Positions 1-13,636 of a stretch of 64,000 bases of DNA are shown one piece after another (the stretch's first letter is position 1; every line of letters begins with the position of its first letter). The position numbers and the translations under genes were made by a program. A model generated the notes under the pieces. That model worked only from the letters and a program-made list of their open reading frames with translations. It was not told the DNA's origin and made no database searches. Origin of the DNA: Mobula hypostoma (Eukaryota). The stretch is taken from NCBI RefSeq assembly GCF_963921235.1, contig NC_086097.1:153638001-153702000 (forward strand). The letters are read 5' to 3'.

Positions 1-1118
1 GCCAGTCTCGCATTGGTTTTGGCAGGGTGTGGGTGTGCGGTCTTGTGTTCTTAAACTTCTGTTTGTTTTACCTACGATGCAGTGATTTCGTGCTTGAAAT
101 ATTTAACTAAGCCTCCAAACCGTCCGATGTCAAGTCCTGGGCCATCAGCCGAGCGGCAGAGATCCGCTTTAACACTTGAAAAAAAGTTGGAAATTATAAA
201 CAGCGCGGCATCAGCTGAAGGTAACACAGCTGTGGGACGCTACTGCCAGGAACAGAATCTTGCCTTTAAACTTCTTTTGTTGCTTGACAATGCACCAGTC
301 CATCCTAAATATTTGGATAGCATTCATCCTAACATAACAGTGCGTTTCCTGCCGCCTAACACAACATTGCTGATTTAACCACTCGACCAAGGTGTGATCC
401 ACATTCAAGGCGTACGTTTTTTTTTATAGCGAACTATCTCTCAGATGCTGCAAGCAACAGACGATTTTGAAAATCCCAGGAGTTTACCAGCGGTGAGGGA
501 ATGGTGGAAGTCGGAACACTTGGCACAAATGACGATGGACATTGACCCAAGTTTAGAACGGAGTCAGCATTTCAGTCGTTCTCTGCCATCAACCCTTCTT
601 CCCTACAAGCAAATTTATGCTGAAAAACAGAATGCTGCCAAGCAAACAACCCTCACCACTTTCTTTAAATCGGTGTCATCTCCTGCTGCCTGCAGTTCTA
701 AGAGTTCTGTGAGTCTTCCTTCACCCCTCGCTGTGCTTGATAAAACCCTGACGACCACAACCATCCACCTCATCCATGTAAAGCTGCCTGGCACCACAAC
801 AGCCACTCATCTCCCGGAGCGAACACACCTGCCACTGTTGTTGAGTACTGTACACCCTCGGATGTTAACTTTCTGTGATTTATTACATTGAATATTACCT
901 TAAATTGAGTAAATATAATACAAACGTTGTCTTGTGGTACTGCTTTTGTGTTGTATTGGTATGAAAATGTGAATAAATTACAGATAAAACATACTTAGGA
1001 AGCCCTCTGGACCACATCCCTATTTCCTCCATTTAAATAATTATTTACATTATGCGATTTCACATTATGCATCAACTGTGAGGAATGTATACCTCGCATA
1101 TAACGAGGATAGGGTGTA
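1..1118 (+). mobile_element. Tigger/pogo-like DNA transposon remnant, internally deleted
   Basis: ORF 82-378 has the CENP-B-type N-terminus RSALTLEKKLEII joined to the DDE_1 motif LLLLDNAPVHP...FLPPNTT. C-terminal KQTTLTTFF lies in 445-891. The right end is TIR-like (cgcatataacgaggatagggtg) followed by TA. Confidence 0.8.
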
Positions 1119-2230
1119 AGCACCATTACAGGAAAGATACTGGCATGGGTAGCAGAATGGCTGAAAGGCAGGAGGCAGCAAGTGGGGATAAAAGGGGCCT
1201 TTTCTGGTTGGCTGCCAGTGACTAGTGGTGTTCCTCAGGGGTCAGTATAGGGACTGCTACTTTTCAGATTATTTGTCAGTGCCTTAGATAATGGAATTAA
1301 TGGCCTTGTGGCAATGCATGCAGATGATATGAAGGTAGGTGGAGTGGTAGGTAGTGATGAGGAAGCAATGCAATTGCAGCTGGACTTAGACAAATTGGAA
1401 GAATGGGCAAAAAAGTGGCAGGTGGAATACAGTGTTGGGAAATGTATGATACTGCCTTTTGATAAAAGGAACAATAGTGCAGACTATTATCTCAACGGGG
1501 AGAAGATTCAAATATCAGAGGTCCGGAGGGACTTAGGAGTCCTCATACAAGACTCCCAGAAGGTTAATTTACAGGTTGAATCTGTGGTAAAGAAGACAAA
1601 TACGGTGTTGATATTTATTTCCAAGGGAATAGAATATGAAAGCAAAGAGGTAATGCTAGGGCTTGATAAAATACTAGTCAGGCCACACTTGGAGTATTGT
1701 CAACAGTTTTGGGACTTGTATCTCAGAAATGATGTGTTGTCATTGGGAAGCGTTCAGGGAAGATTCACAAGGATGATTCTGGGAATGAAGGGATTAACAT
1801 ATGAATAACATGAGGAGCATTTGACAGCTTTGGACCTGTACTCACTGGAATTTAGAAGAATGCAGGTGGAGGGGGGAGATCTCATTGAAATCTACCGAAT
1901 GTTGAAAGGACTAGATAAGGTGGATGTGGAGAGGATGTTTCCTGTGGTGGGTGTATCCAGTACTAGAGAGCATGGCCTCAAACTTGAGGGGCAACCTTTT
2001 AGAAGGAATTTTTTTTTTAGCCAGTGACTAGTGATTCTGTGCAATACTCTGCCACAGACTGTGCTGGAGGCCAAGTCTGAAGTTGATAGTTTCCTGATTG
2101 ATCAGGGTATGAAAGGACATGGCGCGAAGGCAGTTGTATGGGTTTGAATGGGATCCAGGATCAGCCATAACGGAATGACGGAACAGACTTGATGGACTGA
2201 ATGGCCTTATTCTGCTCTTATGGTCTTATA
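1119..2230 (+). mobile_element. CR1 LINE, 5'-truncated 3' fragment
   Basis: SGVPQGS, HADDMK, LVRPHLEYC and RGDLIE-type motifs, ending in a CR1 tail tctgctcttatggtcttat. Confidence 0.92.
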
Positions 2231-2649
2231 TAATTCAAATATGATAAAATATGGAAAACATTGAATTATTATTTTGGGAAATATTTTAAGGGATAATTTC
2301 AAATTTTGATTACCTTAACAAGAATGTTTTGTTTTGCCAATGTCTAGTGCTGGGAATAGCCCTTCATTTTTTATTTTGCACAGCCAACTCATATTTAGAC
2401 TGAGTAAGAACTCAAATGCCTGCTCTGGGGCAGCCCAGATTTATGATGTTTGCTAACTGATTGATAGAACAAACCTACCATAATCACTCCAAGTGCACAA
2501 AGATATTTCTTGTTGGAGAATGAAAAGTAGTGTCTTGGGGAGATGCATTTTTTAACTTGCACTCTGTATAAAGGATGAGAATTATTAATTTACTCTGTAA
2601 GGGGAATGATATGTAGAGAATAAGCATAATATAATTTTTGGGTACAGCG

Positions 2650-4740
2650 ATATAGAGAATAGTGCTTTGTACAGTGCAGCACAGGAACCAGCCTTTCAGC
2701 CTCCCGTGTTTGTGTTGCCCATGATGCCGATCTAAACTAATCCATTTTGTTTTATTCATATGTCTGTCTAAATGCCTCTTAAGTAACGTTTCCCCTGATA
2801 GTTAATTCCATGCATCTCCTAGTCTCTGCTTAAAAATCTTGCTATACAAGTCACCTTTAAACTTTGACCCCCCCTCCCACACCCACATTAAACATATACC
2901 TCTAGTATTTGACATTTCCACCCTGAGAGGAAGGTTGACCACCCACCATATTCACACCCCTCACAACATCTATCATTTGCTCTCATTCTTCAACACTCCA
3001 GAGAAAACAATTCAACTGTTTAATCTTTCTTTATTGGTAATACTCTCTAATCCAAGCAACATCCTGGTTAATTTCTGTACACTTTCCAAATTCTTGACAA
3101 TCTACCTATAGTGTGGTGACCAGAAATGCGCAGTAAAATCCAAATGTGTCTTAACCAAAATTTTATACATAACTTCCTAACATTTATACTTAAGACCTTG
3201 ACTAGTGGAAGTAATTATGCCATACACTTCTTTATTACCTGTCATTTACTGCATATTGCCACATTTCAGAAGTCATGGACTTGCACCACAAGATCCCTCA
3301 GTACATTGGTGCTGGCCAAGGACCACCGGAGACTTTCCTCTTGCACCTGCTCCCAAAATGCATCACCTCACCATGTCCAAAATGAATTCTGTTTCCTGTT
3401 ACTACTTTTCTTTGCTGATTACCTTTCCTCACTATTCATGATTCCAGCTTTAAGCATACTAATAAACAGTATATATTTTAATCTGAATCCATTTTATCCA
3501 TCAATATATATCATCAATAATAGTGGTCCAAACACGAATCCATGTGGAAAACCATTTGTCACAGATTTCCAGTCAGTAAATATGCCTACACCTCTACTCT
3601 CTATCTTCTATGGCCAAGATAATTTTGGATCCAGTTTACCAGCTCACTGAAAATCCCAAGTGACTTAATCCTTTGAACCAGCCTTCCATGAGAGACCTTG
3701 TAAAATACTTTACTCATATCCATGTACACAACATTCATTACTGCTACCCTTATTAATCATCATTACTTCCTCAGAAAATGCAATCTATTTGTAAGATGTG
3801 ATCTACCCCACACAAAACCATGCTCAAAAATACTGAATAAGAACATGTTTTTCCAGATGTGAGTAAATGCTTGGAATCTTATCCAATAATTTCCCTACCT
3901 TTTCGATAAAGCTCAAAGGCCTAAAATTTCCTGGTTTGTCCCTGTGGCTGTTCTTAAACAAAGGAATCACATACCAGTCTTCTGTCATCTTGGCTGTGCC
4001 CAAAGAAGATACAAAGAATTCTTCCAAGGCCTCAGCAATACCCTCTTTGCTTCCTTAGTTATCCTGAGCAAGGTCACATTAGGTCCTGGGGACTTAACAA
4101 CCTTAAAGTTCTCTAAAAACCCTTATACCTCCGCCTTAATATCAATATGACTCAGCACGCCCCTCCCTGATCTCACTACCCCCCACGTCTTTCTCTTTGG
4201 TGAATACCAGTGCAAAGTCATCATTTAGTTTCTCCCATTTCTCTGGATCCATGCATATGAGTTCTAATCAAATAACCCTGATAAATGAGCCCTTCTAGCT
4301 GTCCTCTTACAGTGCAGCCATGACATTTTCCCTAATCAGTAATGCTAATCTCTGATCTCCTTTATCTACCTTTCCTCGGAAATATCCATGTCTGGGAATG
4401 TTGAGATGCCAGTACTGCCCTTCTCTCAATCTACCAGTATTGCAGTATTCCATGTACTAATCCAGGCTCTAAGCTCATCCACCTTACCCATTAAACTGCT
4501 GGCATTAAAATAAAAGCACTTCTGATTACCACCCTTACTATATTCATTATCCAATCAGACAATTTTTACTATTTTTATCCAATTAGGCATACTTGACTTC
4601 TCTACCCCTATATTCCCTTCAATCATTCCATCTGCTGATGTACTGTTCTGGATCCACCGCCACCCCCTCCACAGCAACTAAAACCCTCCCAAGTAGCACT
4701 AGCAATTACCTGGCAATATTGATTGTACCTATTTTGAGTG
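2650..4740 (-). mobile_element. Decayed CR1 LINE pieces
   Basis: Minus-strand EDW..IPLFK..RDKPGNFRPLS (3824-4027), with an antisense CR1 3' tail near 2650-2780. Confidence 0.8.
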
Positions 4741-5606
4741 CATCGATTCTACAAATCCTACAGGTCTTTACCAAATAAAGGAATGAATATCCGATTAATT
4801 ATTTAATCTAAATGGAAGAACACCTCAGAAACTTGCTTGAAGCTCTTCAGAGTAAAATAATCATGAACCCCTTATTTAAAGTAGCAGGCTGTGAGATGAA
4901 GAAGCTGTCAAGAACATGTATTTTCAGTTCAGAAACAAGCCTTACCCACGTACACAGAGTACGTTATCTATCTTCCCCACAGTGTTGCTATCAGTAAAAT
5001 TTCAATTTAAAAAAATATTTTTTCAAAGTGTTGATAAAATTCAGAACTTTTCCCCATCAAAACAACCCTTCAGTGAAAACGGAAAATATTAGACTAATTG
5101 GGCCAATTAGATTAAAAAGTGAGCCTCATGAGGAATAAACTCAATGCCTACTTGTCACAGGTGTGATTCCTTTGTACTACAAAAGGGTTTTCAGTAATAA
5201 TCTGGACTGTTTTCAAATAGGGCTATTTAAGAGAGGAAATCATGTAATGTTTCATAACAGACACATGTGTATTATAATTACAGCGCCAAATGGGTGTAAT
5301 TTGACAAAAACTACTGAAGTGTGCACTCACGCTATCTATAACACAAAAGAGGTATTGTTGGTTTCACTTCAACAATTAACAGCACTATTGAAAACACACT
5401 TACACAATTTATACGGTCATCAAGAGTTAGACAAGGAAAATATTGTGTGACTATTTTAAGCAATACATTCAAGTATGGTGGAACACTATGTTCTCTGGGT
5501 ATAAGGAAAATACGTTCAACTCTATTACTTCTTTCTGGGAGAGAACAAATAGAGTTGGAGGACTTCAGAAGTTCAACGTTCAAAGTAGTCAACCCTTTCC
5601 AAAATA

Positions 5607-5740
5607 GATCAGACAAAGAAGATTCTGCAAATGCTGGGAATCCAGAGTTGAAGGGTCTCAACCTGAAATACCGACTCTTTACTCTTTTCCATAGATGCTG
5701 TCTGACCTGCTGAGTTCCTCCGGCATTTTGTGTGTCTTAC
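5607..5740 (+). mobile_element. Penelope-derived short repeat (inverted tail plus direct 3' repeat)
   Basis: Matches 33545-33633 (agatgctg..tgacctgctgagttcctcc.gcattttgtgtg) and is preceded by an inverted piece, gattctgcaaatgctgg. Confidence 0.75.
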
Positions 5741-5774
5741 TCAGGTAATATTAGGGCTATGTTTAAGTTCTATT

Positions 5775-6010
5775 TTGTTATCTCTACATTCACTTCAGCT
5801 CCTCCCAGATCCTACCCTGGTCACCCACAAGTCAGGGCCAATTCACCTGTCAACCTATAGACTTTGGGAAGTATGAGCGCCCATGAAAAACACACATTGT
5901 CACAGGAAAACAGCAAACTCTGCTCAAACAGAATCAGATTTCAAGACTGAATGTGGATCACTGAAGTTATGAAGTTGCAGCTCTAGCAGATGCACGACTG
6001 TGCCACCTCA
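5775..6010 (-). mobile_element. HE1/V-SINE-like tRNA-derived SINE
   Basis: Reverse complement begins ggtggcacagtcgtgcatctgctagagctgc, followed by a central gagtttgc..ttttcctgtgac segment. Confidence 0.65.
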
Positions 6011-6439
6011 AGAAAGGATCATGAACCGAAATTGTGGGAAGAAGCCTGCGGAAGAATTAAACCCTACTAATTGAAGTGCACATTCTGGACCAATTCCTAT
6101 CTTTAGACACCAGAGGCCAGGGCCACTCAGGATGGTCCACTGTCGATAGTGATACAGTCCTCTTCACTAACAATGTGAAGGCTGCTTTTTCTCTATGAAA
6201 ATGTTGTATCTGGCATGGGCTGCACATGTGCAGACGGAAATTCTGGAAGTGACATCTGGGGCTACACTAAAGCATATTTAAACATGATGATTTTCTTCTA
6301 TATGTTTGTGCTAATATCTTGTAAAAATATTTTCAATGCAAGTCAGAGAACATAGAACGTTACAGCACTGTACGTGCCCTTTGACCCACAATGTTGCACT
6401 GAATTTTTAACCTACTTTGACATTTTTAGTTGCTTAAGA

Positions 6440-7160
6440 GGAATCTAAGATGTAAGATCTTCCCTATATGAATCACAAAAGTTTGGTTTGCAGGTACAGC
6501 AGGTTGTCAAGAAGGTAAATGGGATGTTGGCCTTCATTGCTAGAGGGATTGAATTTAAGAGAAGGGAGGTAATGCTAAACTGTACAGGGTACTGGTAAGG
6601 CTGCTCCTGGAGTACTGTGTGCATTTCTGGACTCATTACTTGTAGAAGTATATTCTGGCTTTGGAGGCAGTGCAGAGGAGGTTCACCAGTTGATTCCAGA
6701 GATGAGGGGGTTAGTCAATGAGGAGAGGTTGAATCACCTGGGACTGTACTCGCTGGAATTCAGAAAAATGAGAGGAGATCTTATAGAAAGATATAAAATT
6801 ATGGAAGGGATAGAGGCAGGAAGGTTGTTTCCACCAGTAGATGAGAATAGAACTAGTGGACATAGCCTCAGGATTCAGGGGAGTACATTTAGCTCGGAGA
6901 TGAGGAGGAACTGCTTTTCCCAGAGAGAGGTGAATCTGTGGAATTCTCTGCCCAATGAAGCAGTGGAGGCTACCTCAGTAAATATATTTAAGACAAGGTT
7001 GGATAGATTTTTTCATAGTAGGGGAATTAAGAGTAATGGGGAAAAGGCAGGTAGGTAGAAATGAGTCTATGGCCAAATCAGCAATGAACTTCTTGAATGG
7101 TGGAGCAGGCTCAATGGGCCAGATGGTCTACTCCTGCTCCTGTTTCTTATGTTCTTATGT
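6440..7160 (+). mobile_element. CR1 LINE 3' fragment
   Basis: GLYSLEFRKMRGDLIE and FSQREVNLWNSLP, with tail ttcttatgttcttatg. Confidence 0.92.
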
Positions 7161-9055
7161 ATGCAGCAAATCAGCAGAATAAGTATATATGAAATATAAC
7201 TGAGAATGTTGGCAATAACAAATAGATTACAGAGAGAGATGTAAATAGTTAACATTTAAAATATCATCAACCTGAACAATGGCTTTGTTTCTCTTTGTAC
7301 AGGTGTTGCCTTACCTGCTGATTATCTCCAGCATTTCAGTTTTATTTTCTACCATCTGGCAACTTCGGTGTTTTACTCTCAAAGTTGGTTGATTTGGGTA
7401 AAATGGCAGTTTTATACAAATACATTAGATGATGTTGAATATCACTGAATCAATTTAGAGTAAATGACTGGCAGGCGTGCATTTTCCATGTCATCTATTT
7501 GACTGCCCCAATCTTTTTGCCTCAGGTCTACAGTTAGGAATTTCTTCTTTGGTTCAATAGTCTGCTATATTCTTTCTGCTGCTTTGCCTTTAATTCTGCA
7601 TATTTCATGGTAGGCAGCAACCTACGAACCCACTCCAATCTCCATAGTTCAGTTTCAATGACACACATCATCAATTAAGAGTGTCCCGAATAACCTAGGG
7701 GTTTGTTGTCTCTCTACAAGATGGCATTAACAGATGTTGCCTTTGTATTCTACCTGCTATCATAAAACTTCAAGAACTCTTCCAATAAACAGTATTTCAT
7801 AAATGTCTCCTGTTATCTCTCAGCAACTTAGTTTTATGATTCTTTTGACTTGTACATTCAGAATATACAGCAAGTTTCGTGTTTGGACTCAAAATATTGC
7901 CTCTCTCTCATGTCGATTGTTTCCCATTTGATTTTTCACGCAGTTGTTTACCCTTTTGCTCAGGCATGTGTGCACATTTATTTAATGACGTGAGATGCAA
8001 TGTACATATTGTAGGTCATGCTGTCTCTTGCAAACAGTGGCACTGCTTCTTTCCCAAGCTGCAGTGTAATTTAATGATCCTTAGCTTTTTGTTAATGGAT
8101 AAAAATGCCGATGCTACCCTTATTTCATGTACAGACTTTTCATTCATCATTCCTTTGTTTTCTATTTTAACACTGTTCTGTCATCTAAATTCATATTCCT
8201 TCAACTGAACATATGCTTTACCAAACTGTTTTCTTAAGCAATAGATTGCTATCTTTTCGTATTCAATCATTTCATTACTGTAGAATTACAGGTGCTGGCC
8301 ATACTTTAACTCTAACTTTAAAAATAAAATTTATTTTCTACCCATTATATCTAATATCTTATTGTCAGCAGGACAACCCAAAAAAGCATTAAGTAACAGC
8401 ATGTCAGATGCATGGAAAAACCTGTCAAAAAATAGTGCACCTCCTGCCACTCACAAAATGTCTCCAATTTTCCTTTGCATTTTATCTTTCATTGAAGCTG
8501 AATCGTATGGTGCACAAAAACATGGTATCATACAATCCAATCTCAAAACAATGTTTTCTCCTTCAATCTACATTTCTAGTGTACCTATTTCTCTGCCATT
8601 GTCCTCTGATTGTCATTTCAGAAGTAGGGTTGTGATCCACTGACATCACTGCAAAAATTGATCGGGGAATATGTCATTCGAAAAGAATGGAGCATTTCGT
8701 CAGGTGGCAACTATTTGAGATTCAGGAAAGATAGGGGAGTGAAATTCACTGAGTATTTGGCTGATCACCCAGGTGCAGACTTCTGATATTGTCTGGAATA
8801 AAAATAGATAAAGCCGGGCACACACTGCAATCAACATATGAATGAGAAGTGCAAGGATGCCAGCTGCAGGCTCCTGTCAGAAACTGATCATTTCCGTTAA
8901 AGATCTCAGTAGAAACAACAATCTTTCATTTATCTTCGGATGGGGATCAATCTGCTTTATACTTCCAAATTTTCTGTCTTTATTTTGGATTTCTAAAGCA
9001 TTGGTTTTCTTTACTTTGAAATGACTTGATACATATTAAACAGCAAATGTACAAA

Positions 9056-9406
9056 CACTCAGTGGGTAATTTATTAAGTACACCTGTAAACCTGTTCATT
9101 AATGCCAATCCTGTAGCAGCAACTCAATGCATAAAAGCATGCAGATATGATCAGGAGGTTCAGTTGTTGTTCGGATCAAACATCAGAATGGGGAAGTTTG
9201 CCTTGCTAATGAGAGTGGTGAGAGGAGACTGGCCAGACTGATTCAAGCTGACAAGAAGGTGACTGTAACTCAAATAACCATGTGCTACAACAGTGGTGTG
9301 CAGAAGAGCATCTCAGAATGAACAACACGTCGAACCTTAAAATGAATGGGCTACAACAGCAGAAGATTGTGAACTTATGGGTACCTAATAAAGTGGCCAC
9401 TGACTG
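9056..9406. mobile_element. Tc1/mariner-derived MITE
   Basis: Imperfect TIRs cactcagtgggtaatttattaagtacac and gtacctaataaagtggccactgactg, followed by TA. The interior retains Tc1-like residue (ggccagactgattcaagctgacaagaagg). Confidence 0.8.
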
Positions 9407-10296
9407 TATATACAACACATGTAGGTGTACAAACCCTGACAACCCAAAGAATAGGGACAGCAGTTATATGCTAAAGCACTTTGATGGGAAATTGGTGTGC
9501 TGGATGCAATGCATACTTCTCTCTTTGGCATATCATTGCTCCACTACTGGACTGAGCAATGAAATGGAAGGTGGCAACGTGCCAACATCTGACTTTCAGT
9601 ATGCTTGGCCTTGTCATTGTAGCAGACACATATAGTATGTATAAGGCAGGCCCATCTTGAAGTGGAATGGAATTGTGAGATAAGCCGCACTTTACAAAAG
9701 ATAATGCAGGTTAAATTAGTTATTATCAGAAATTATTTTAACAGGTCATTTCTTTGTGCCTGGAAAAAATGAGGGGCAGTTCATATTGAAAAGGTTTGAT
9801 CAAATTTTTAGTGGATTAGATAGAAGCTACCTCACAAAATATATGGATCAGAAAGATAAGCATTCTGAATCTTATTTCATGCACCCCCCCCACCTGTCTC
9901 TGTGATTGCAGGTGAAATACAGATTTGAGGAGACCAGGATGATGGGGAAAATATTAGTAATATAAAAATATACCAGCCGCAAACTGCAATCAAATAGAAG
10001 TGCCTCAAGAAATGATGATACCAGCCCAGTACTTTTATAGCGATTTAGAAAATGTCAGTCGTGTCGAAGACCAGCAGGAAACAATGAGCAGGAACAGTCA
10101 AGTGTTTGCATCAGAGGCTGGGTGATTGCTGTGTTGAGTGGTTGGGTCACTGTTAGGGCATAGCACTGGAGCAGAATATGAAACAATGATTTATCAAAGC
10201 AAAACATTGTGAAGAGTTTTGTTCTTGAGGAACAAGAAAGAGACACTTTGATAAAATACTGTGTTGATTCTTTTATATTTTGGTGACATATAACAG

Positions 10297-10410
10297 GCAG
10301 CACAGTGGCAGAGCTAGTTGAGTCACTGTCTCACAGTACCAGGTAACCCAATTCAGCCCTGAACTTGAGTGCTGTTTGGAATTCGCACATTTTCCTTGTG
10401 ATCACATGAG
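10297..10410 (+). mobile_element. HE1-like SINE 5' part
   Basis: tRNA-like head gcacagtggcagagctagttgagtcactgtctcacag, then cacattttccttgtgatcac. Confidence 0.6.
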
Positions 10411-10419
10411 ATTAATTTA

Positions 10420-11020
10420 GATTCTCTGCTGATGGGTGAAGCCAGGTGAGGGTGAAGAGGGATGGGCGTGGGAGGGGTGAAGTGAGAAGGAAGTATCTGG
10501 AGGGGGGGTGACAGGTGGAAGAAGTAGATGGCTGAGGAAGAAAGATTATGATGGGAAAGAGCAGTGGACCATGGGAGAAATGGAAGGTAGAGGAGAACCA
10601 GAGCTGTGGAGAAGAGAAGGGTACAATCTTGCCAGAATAGTGAATGGAAAAGAGAGTAGGGAGAGGGAGGTGAATTAACTGGGTTAGAGAAGATCAGTTT
10701 CCTCATAACGGGTCCCAATTTGAACTACTCTACCTCAAGTTATTTACAGAGGATGGTGTAAATACGGACTTTCTCTTTCCCTGTTTCTGCAGTCTTTAAC
10801 TTTATTGTATCTTTTCTAGAGAAGCAAAAAAGAGTGTATCCAAATGCAAAAGATTCTGCAGTTGCTGGAAATACTGACATACACACAGAAAATGCTGGAG
10901 AAACTCAATAGGTCAGGCAGGTCTACGGAGGGGAATAATCAGTCAATGTTTCAGACCAAGACTCTTCATCAGGAAAGGGGGCAGAAGTCAGAATAAGCAG
11001 GTGGGGGAAGGGAGAGAACT
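10420..11020 (-). mobile_element. Penelope-derived 3' fragments (two pieces)
   Basis: Purine-rich antisense of the PLE 3' UTR at 10420-10700, and the tail repeat gattctgcagttgctgg...cttcatcagga at 10840-11020. Confidence 0.7.
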
Positions 11021-11279
11021 TTATCTGAAACTAGAATCTGATCAGCCAGAATGGAGGAACAAGTTTAACAGGCTAGAAGGCCTGTTCATAGTCCGATCTT
11101 TTATACTTTTCTGTTCCATTATACTCAATCATTGAGATCTGAGTCACATTGGATCTGGAGGGGAAGTGGTAAAGGTTGATCTATTTCCCATTCATATTGC
11201 AGATTAGTTTGAATGAAACGATTATTGGATCCGATGTGTAGTACTATAGTGGAGATTAAGGAAATGGATGGAGTGATAA

Positions 11280-12430
11280 AACAGTCATATAACATAGAAC
11301 ATGGAACAGGCTATTCGGCTCACAATATTGTGCCAGCCTAATTACACTCCAAGATAACCACAACCTTGTTGTGGTCTGGGGGCTTGCATGCCTAAATGAC
11401 CCAAAGACCAATGCTGGCTGGAGTCAGGGTATTATGCTTTGGCCTTTGGGAGGATTACCCATGCCAAACAGGTCAAAGCGTCAAGGTCAGACTAAGAGTG
11501 CTCCACCAGTCCTCCAGGTTCGTGGGTTCAGCTGAGGGCTAACATCCCTGAGTGGTAAAACAAAACTGTTACGGAACAGCAATGAAGAATCCTTCTATAT
11601 CTAAGTGCTAAGGTATACCTGAGTCTCCACCTGGGACTTGCATGACTGAGTAGTGAAAACTGAGAGGAAGCTACTGGTATGACGAAGGAGGCCCAGAACT
11701 CCGCCAGAATGGAGAACCTTCATTGCTGCCCTAAATGCCAGTGGTGTAAGACTGTTTAAAAAAAATAATAAGTTAACCTAATCCCTTCTGCCTACACAAG
11801 TCCTTATTCCCACACCTCCATATTTGACTCCATTTCCAAATCTGGCAGTGTATTCCAGCCACCCTCCACTCCCTATGGCGGGGGGGGGGGGACGACTCAC
11901 AGCACACATCTCCTTTTTTGAACATTTCCCCTCTCAGCTTATATGCATGCCCTCCAGTATTAGATATTTTGACCATGGGAAAAAAATACCAGCTGTCTAT
12001 TCTATATTTGCCCCTCATAATCTTATAAACTTCTAATAAGTCCGCAACTTCAGAAAGAACAACCATAGTTTATCCAACCTCTCCTTATAGCACATGCCTT
12101 CTGATCCAGACAGCATCCTTTTAAACCCCTTCTGCAGCCAAAGCCTGTACATCCTTCCCACAATGGGTCAACAGAAATGAATGTGATACTCCAGATGAGG
12201 CCTAATCAGAGTTTTGTAAAGCTGCACCATAACATCTTGACTCTTGAATTTAGTATCTCATCTAATAAAGGCAAGCATGCCATATGCCTTCACCACTACA
12301 CCATCAACTCGTGTAGCCACTTACAATGAGTCATGGACCTGGAGTCCAAGATCCTCTTGTATGTCAACACTGGTCAGGGTCCTGCATTACCTGTGTAATG
12401 TCCTTTATATTTGACCTACCAAAGTACAAT
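11280..12430 (-). mobile_element. CR1 LINE 3' fragment, interrupted by the RTE-derived element
   Basis: DLLEVYKIMRG (11773-12066, minus), with an antisense tail acatagaacatggaacagg at 11290. Confidence 0.85.
11360..11760 (+). mobile_element. Non-autonomous bipartite RTE-derived element
   Basis: RTE 5'UTR-type motif cctccaggttcgtgggttcagctgagggctaacatccc fused to the RTE 3' end ccagaatggagaaccttcattgctgccctaaatgcc. It interrupts a CR1 tail. Confidence 0.7.
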
Positions 12431-12434
12431 ATGA

Positions 12435-13410
12435 TTAGGCAGCGCTTTGAGCAATACGAAGTCACAACTAGTTGAGCTGCTGCCTCAAGGCTCCAGGGAT
12501 CCGGGTTTGATCCTGCCCTCCAGTGCTGTCTGTGTGGAGTTTCCCAGGGTAGGGAAGCCCAAAACTAGAGGGCATAGATTTAGGAGGAGAGGGGAAAGAT
12601 GTAAAATGGACCCAAGAGGCTGCTTTTTCATGGAGTGGTTGGTGAATATATGGAACAAGTTGCCAGAGGAAGTGGTTGAGGTAGGTGTAACTGTATTACT
12701 TAGGAAACACTTGGATAGGAAGATAAGGGATGGGGCTTAGAGGGATATGGGCCAAATACAGGAAATTGGGACAAGCTTGGTGGGTATCTGGACTAGTTGG
12801 TCTGATGTGCCTCTATCCAGGCTGTACAGCTTTATGATGCTATGGCTTCCACTTGGCTGGATTAAACTCCATCTGCAGTTTTGTCCACCCATACTATATC
12901 TGTAGCTGATGTATATCCTGCTGTATCCTTTGGTAATCATCTACGCTATTTACAATGTGACCAATCTTTGTATCATCGGCAAACTAACCAACCCATTCAT
13001 CCTTGTTGCCATCCAAGTGATTCATGTATATTAGAAAAAAGCAGAGGTCTGAGTACAGATCACCGGGGAATACTAGTAGTGAGGAATCTCCAGCCAGAGT
13101 AAATTTCATCAGCTGCTACATTTTGTCTTCTATCGGAAAGCCAACTCTGAATTCTAATGGCCAAGTCACTGTGGATGCCATGTATCTCAATCTTCTGGAT
13201 GAGCCTACCAAGTGGGACCTTGTCAGATACCGTTCTAAACAGACAACATCCAAAGCTCTACCTTCTTCAATCACCTTAGACACCTTCTCAAAAAATTCAA
13301 TTAAGTTAGTAAAATAAGTCTATCCCTTCACAAGGCCATACTGATTTTCACTAATTAAACCATGGCTCTCCAAATGCCCTTAAATCCAATCCCTAGAGTG
13401 ATCTACAATG
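12435..13410. mobile_element. Cluster: HE1 head (+), CR1 3' piece (+), CR1 RT piece (-)
   Basis: SINE B-box-like ggatccgggtttgatcc at about 12497; KTRGHRFR..NIWNKLPEEVVE at 12540-12840; antisense tttgtatcatcggcaaac (FADDTK) at about 12967. Confidence 0.75.
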
Positions 13411-13636
13411 CTCTACAGTGCTCCACAAAATGTATAAGATGTTTGTGAGGCTTAATTAGGAGTCCTCTGTGCTGTTTTGGTCACCTACTTACAGGAGAGA
13501 TGTCCTTAGACCTTGGACCACTGTCCTCAGGGATCACTAAGTTCTGACCTCAGAGCCTTTCAACCTGAACTCTGACCTCCTGCTCTTCCCCTAACTCTTT
13601 ATTTGCTGCCCCAGAATTCTTATTCCCCAATCCTAA

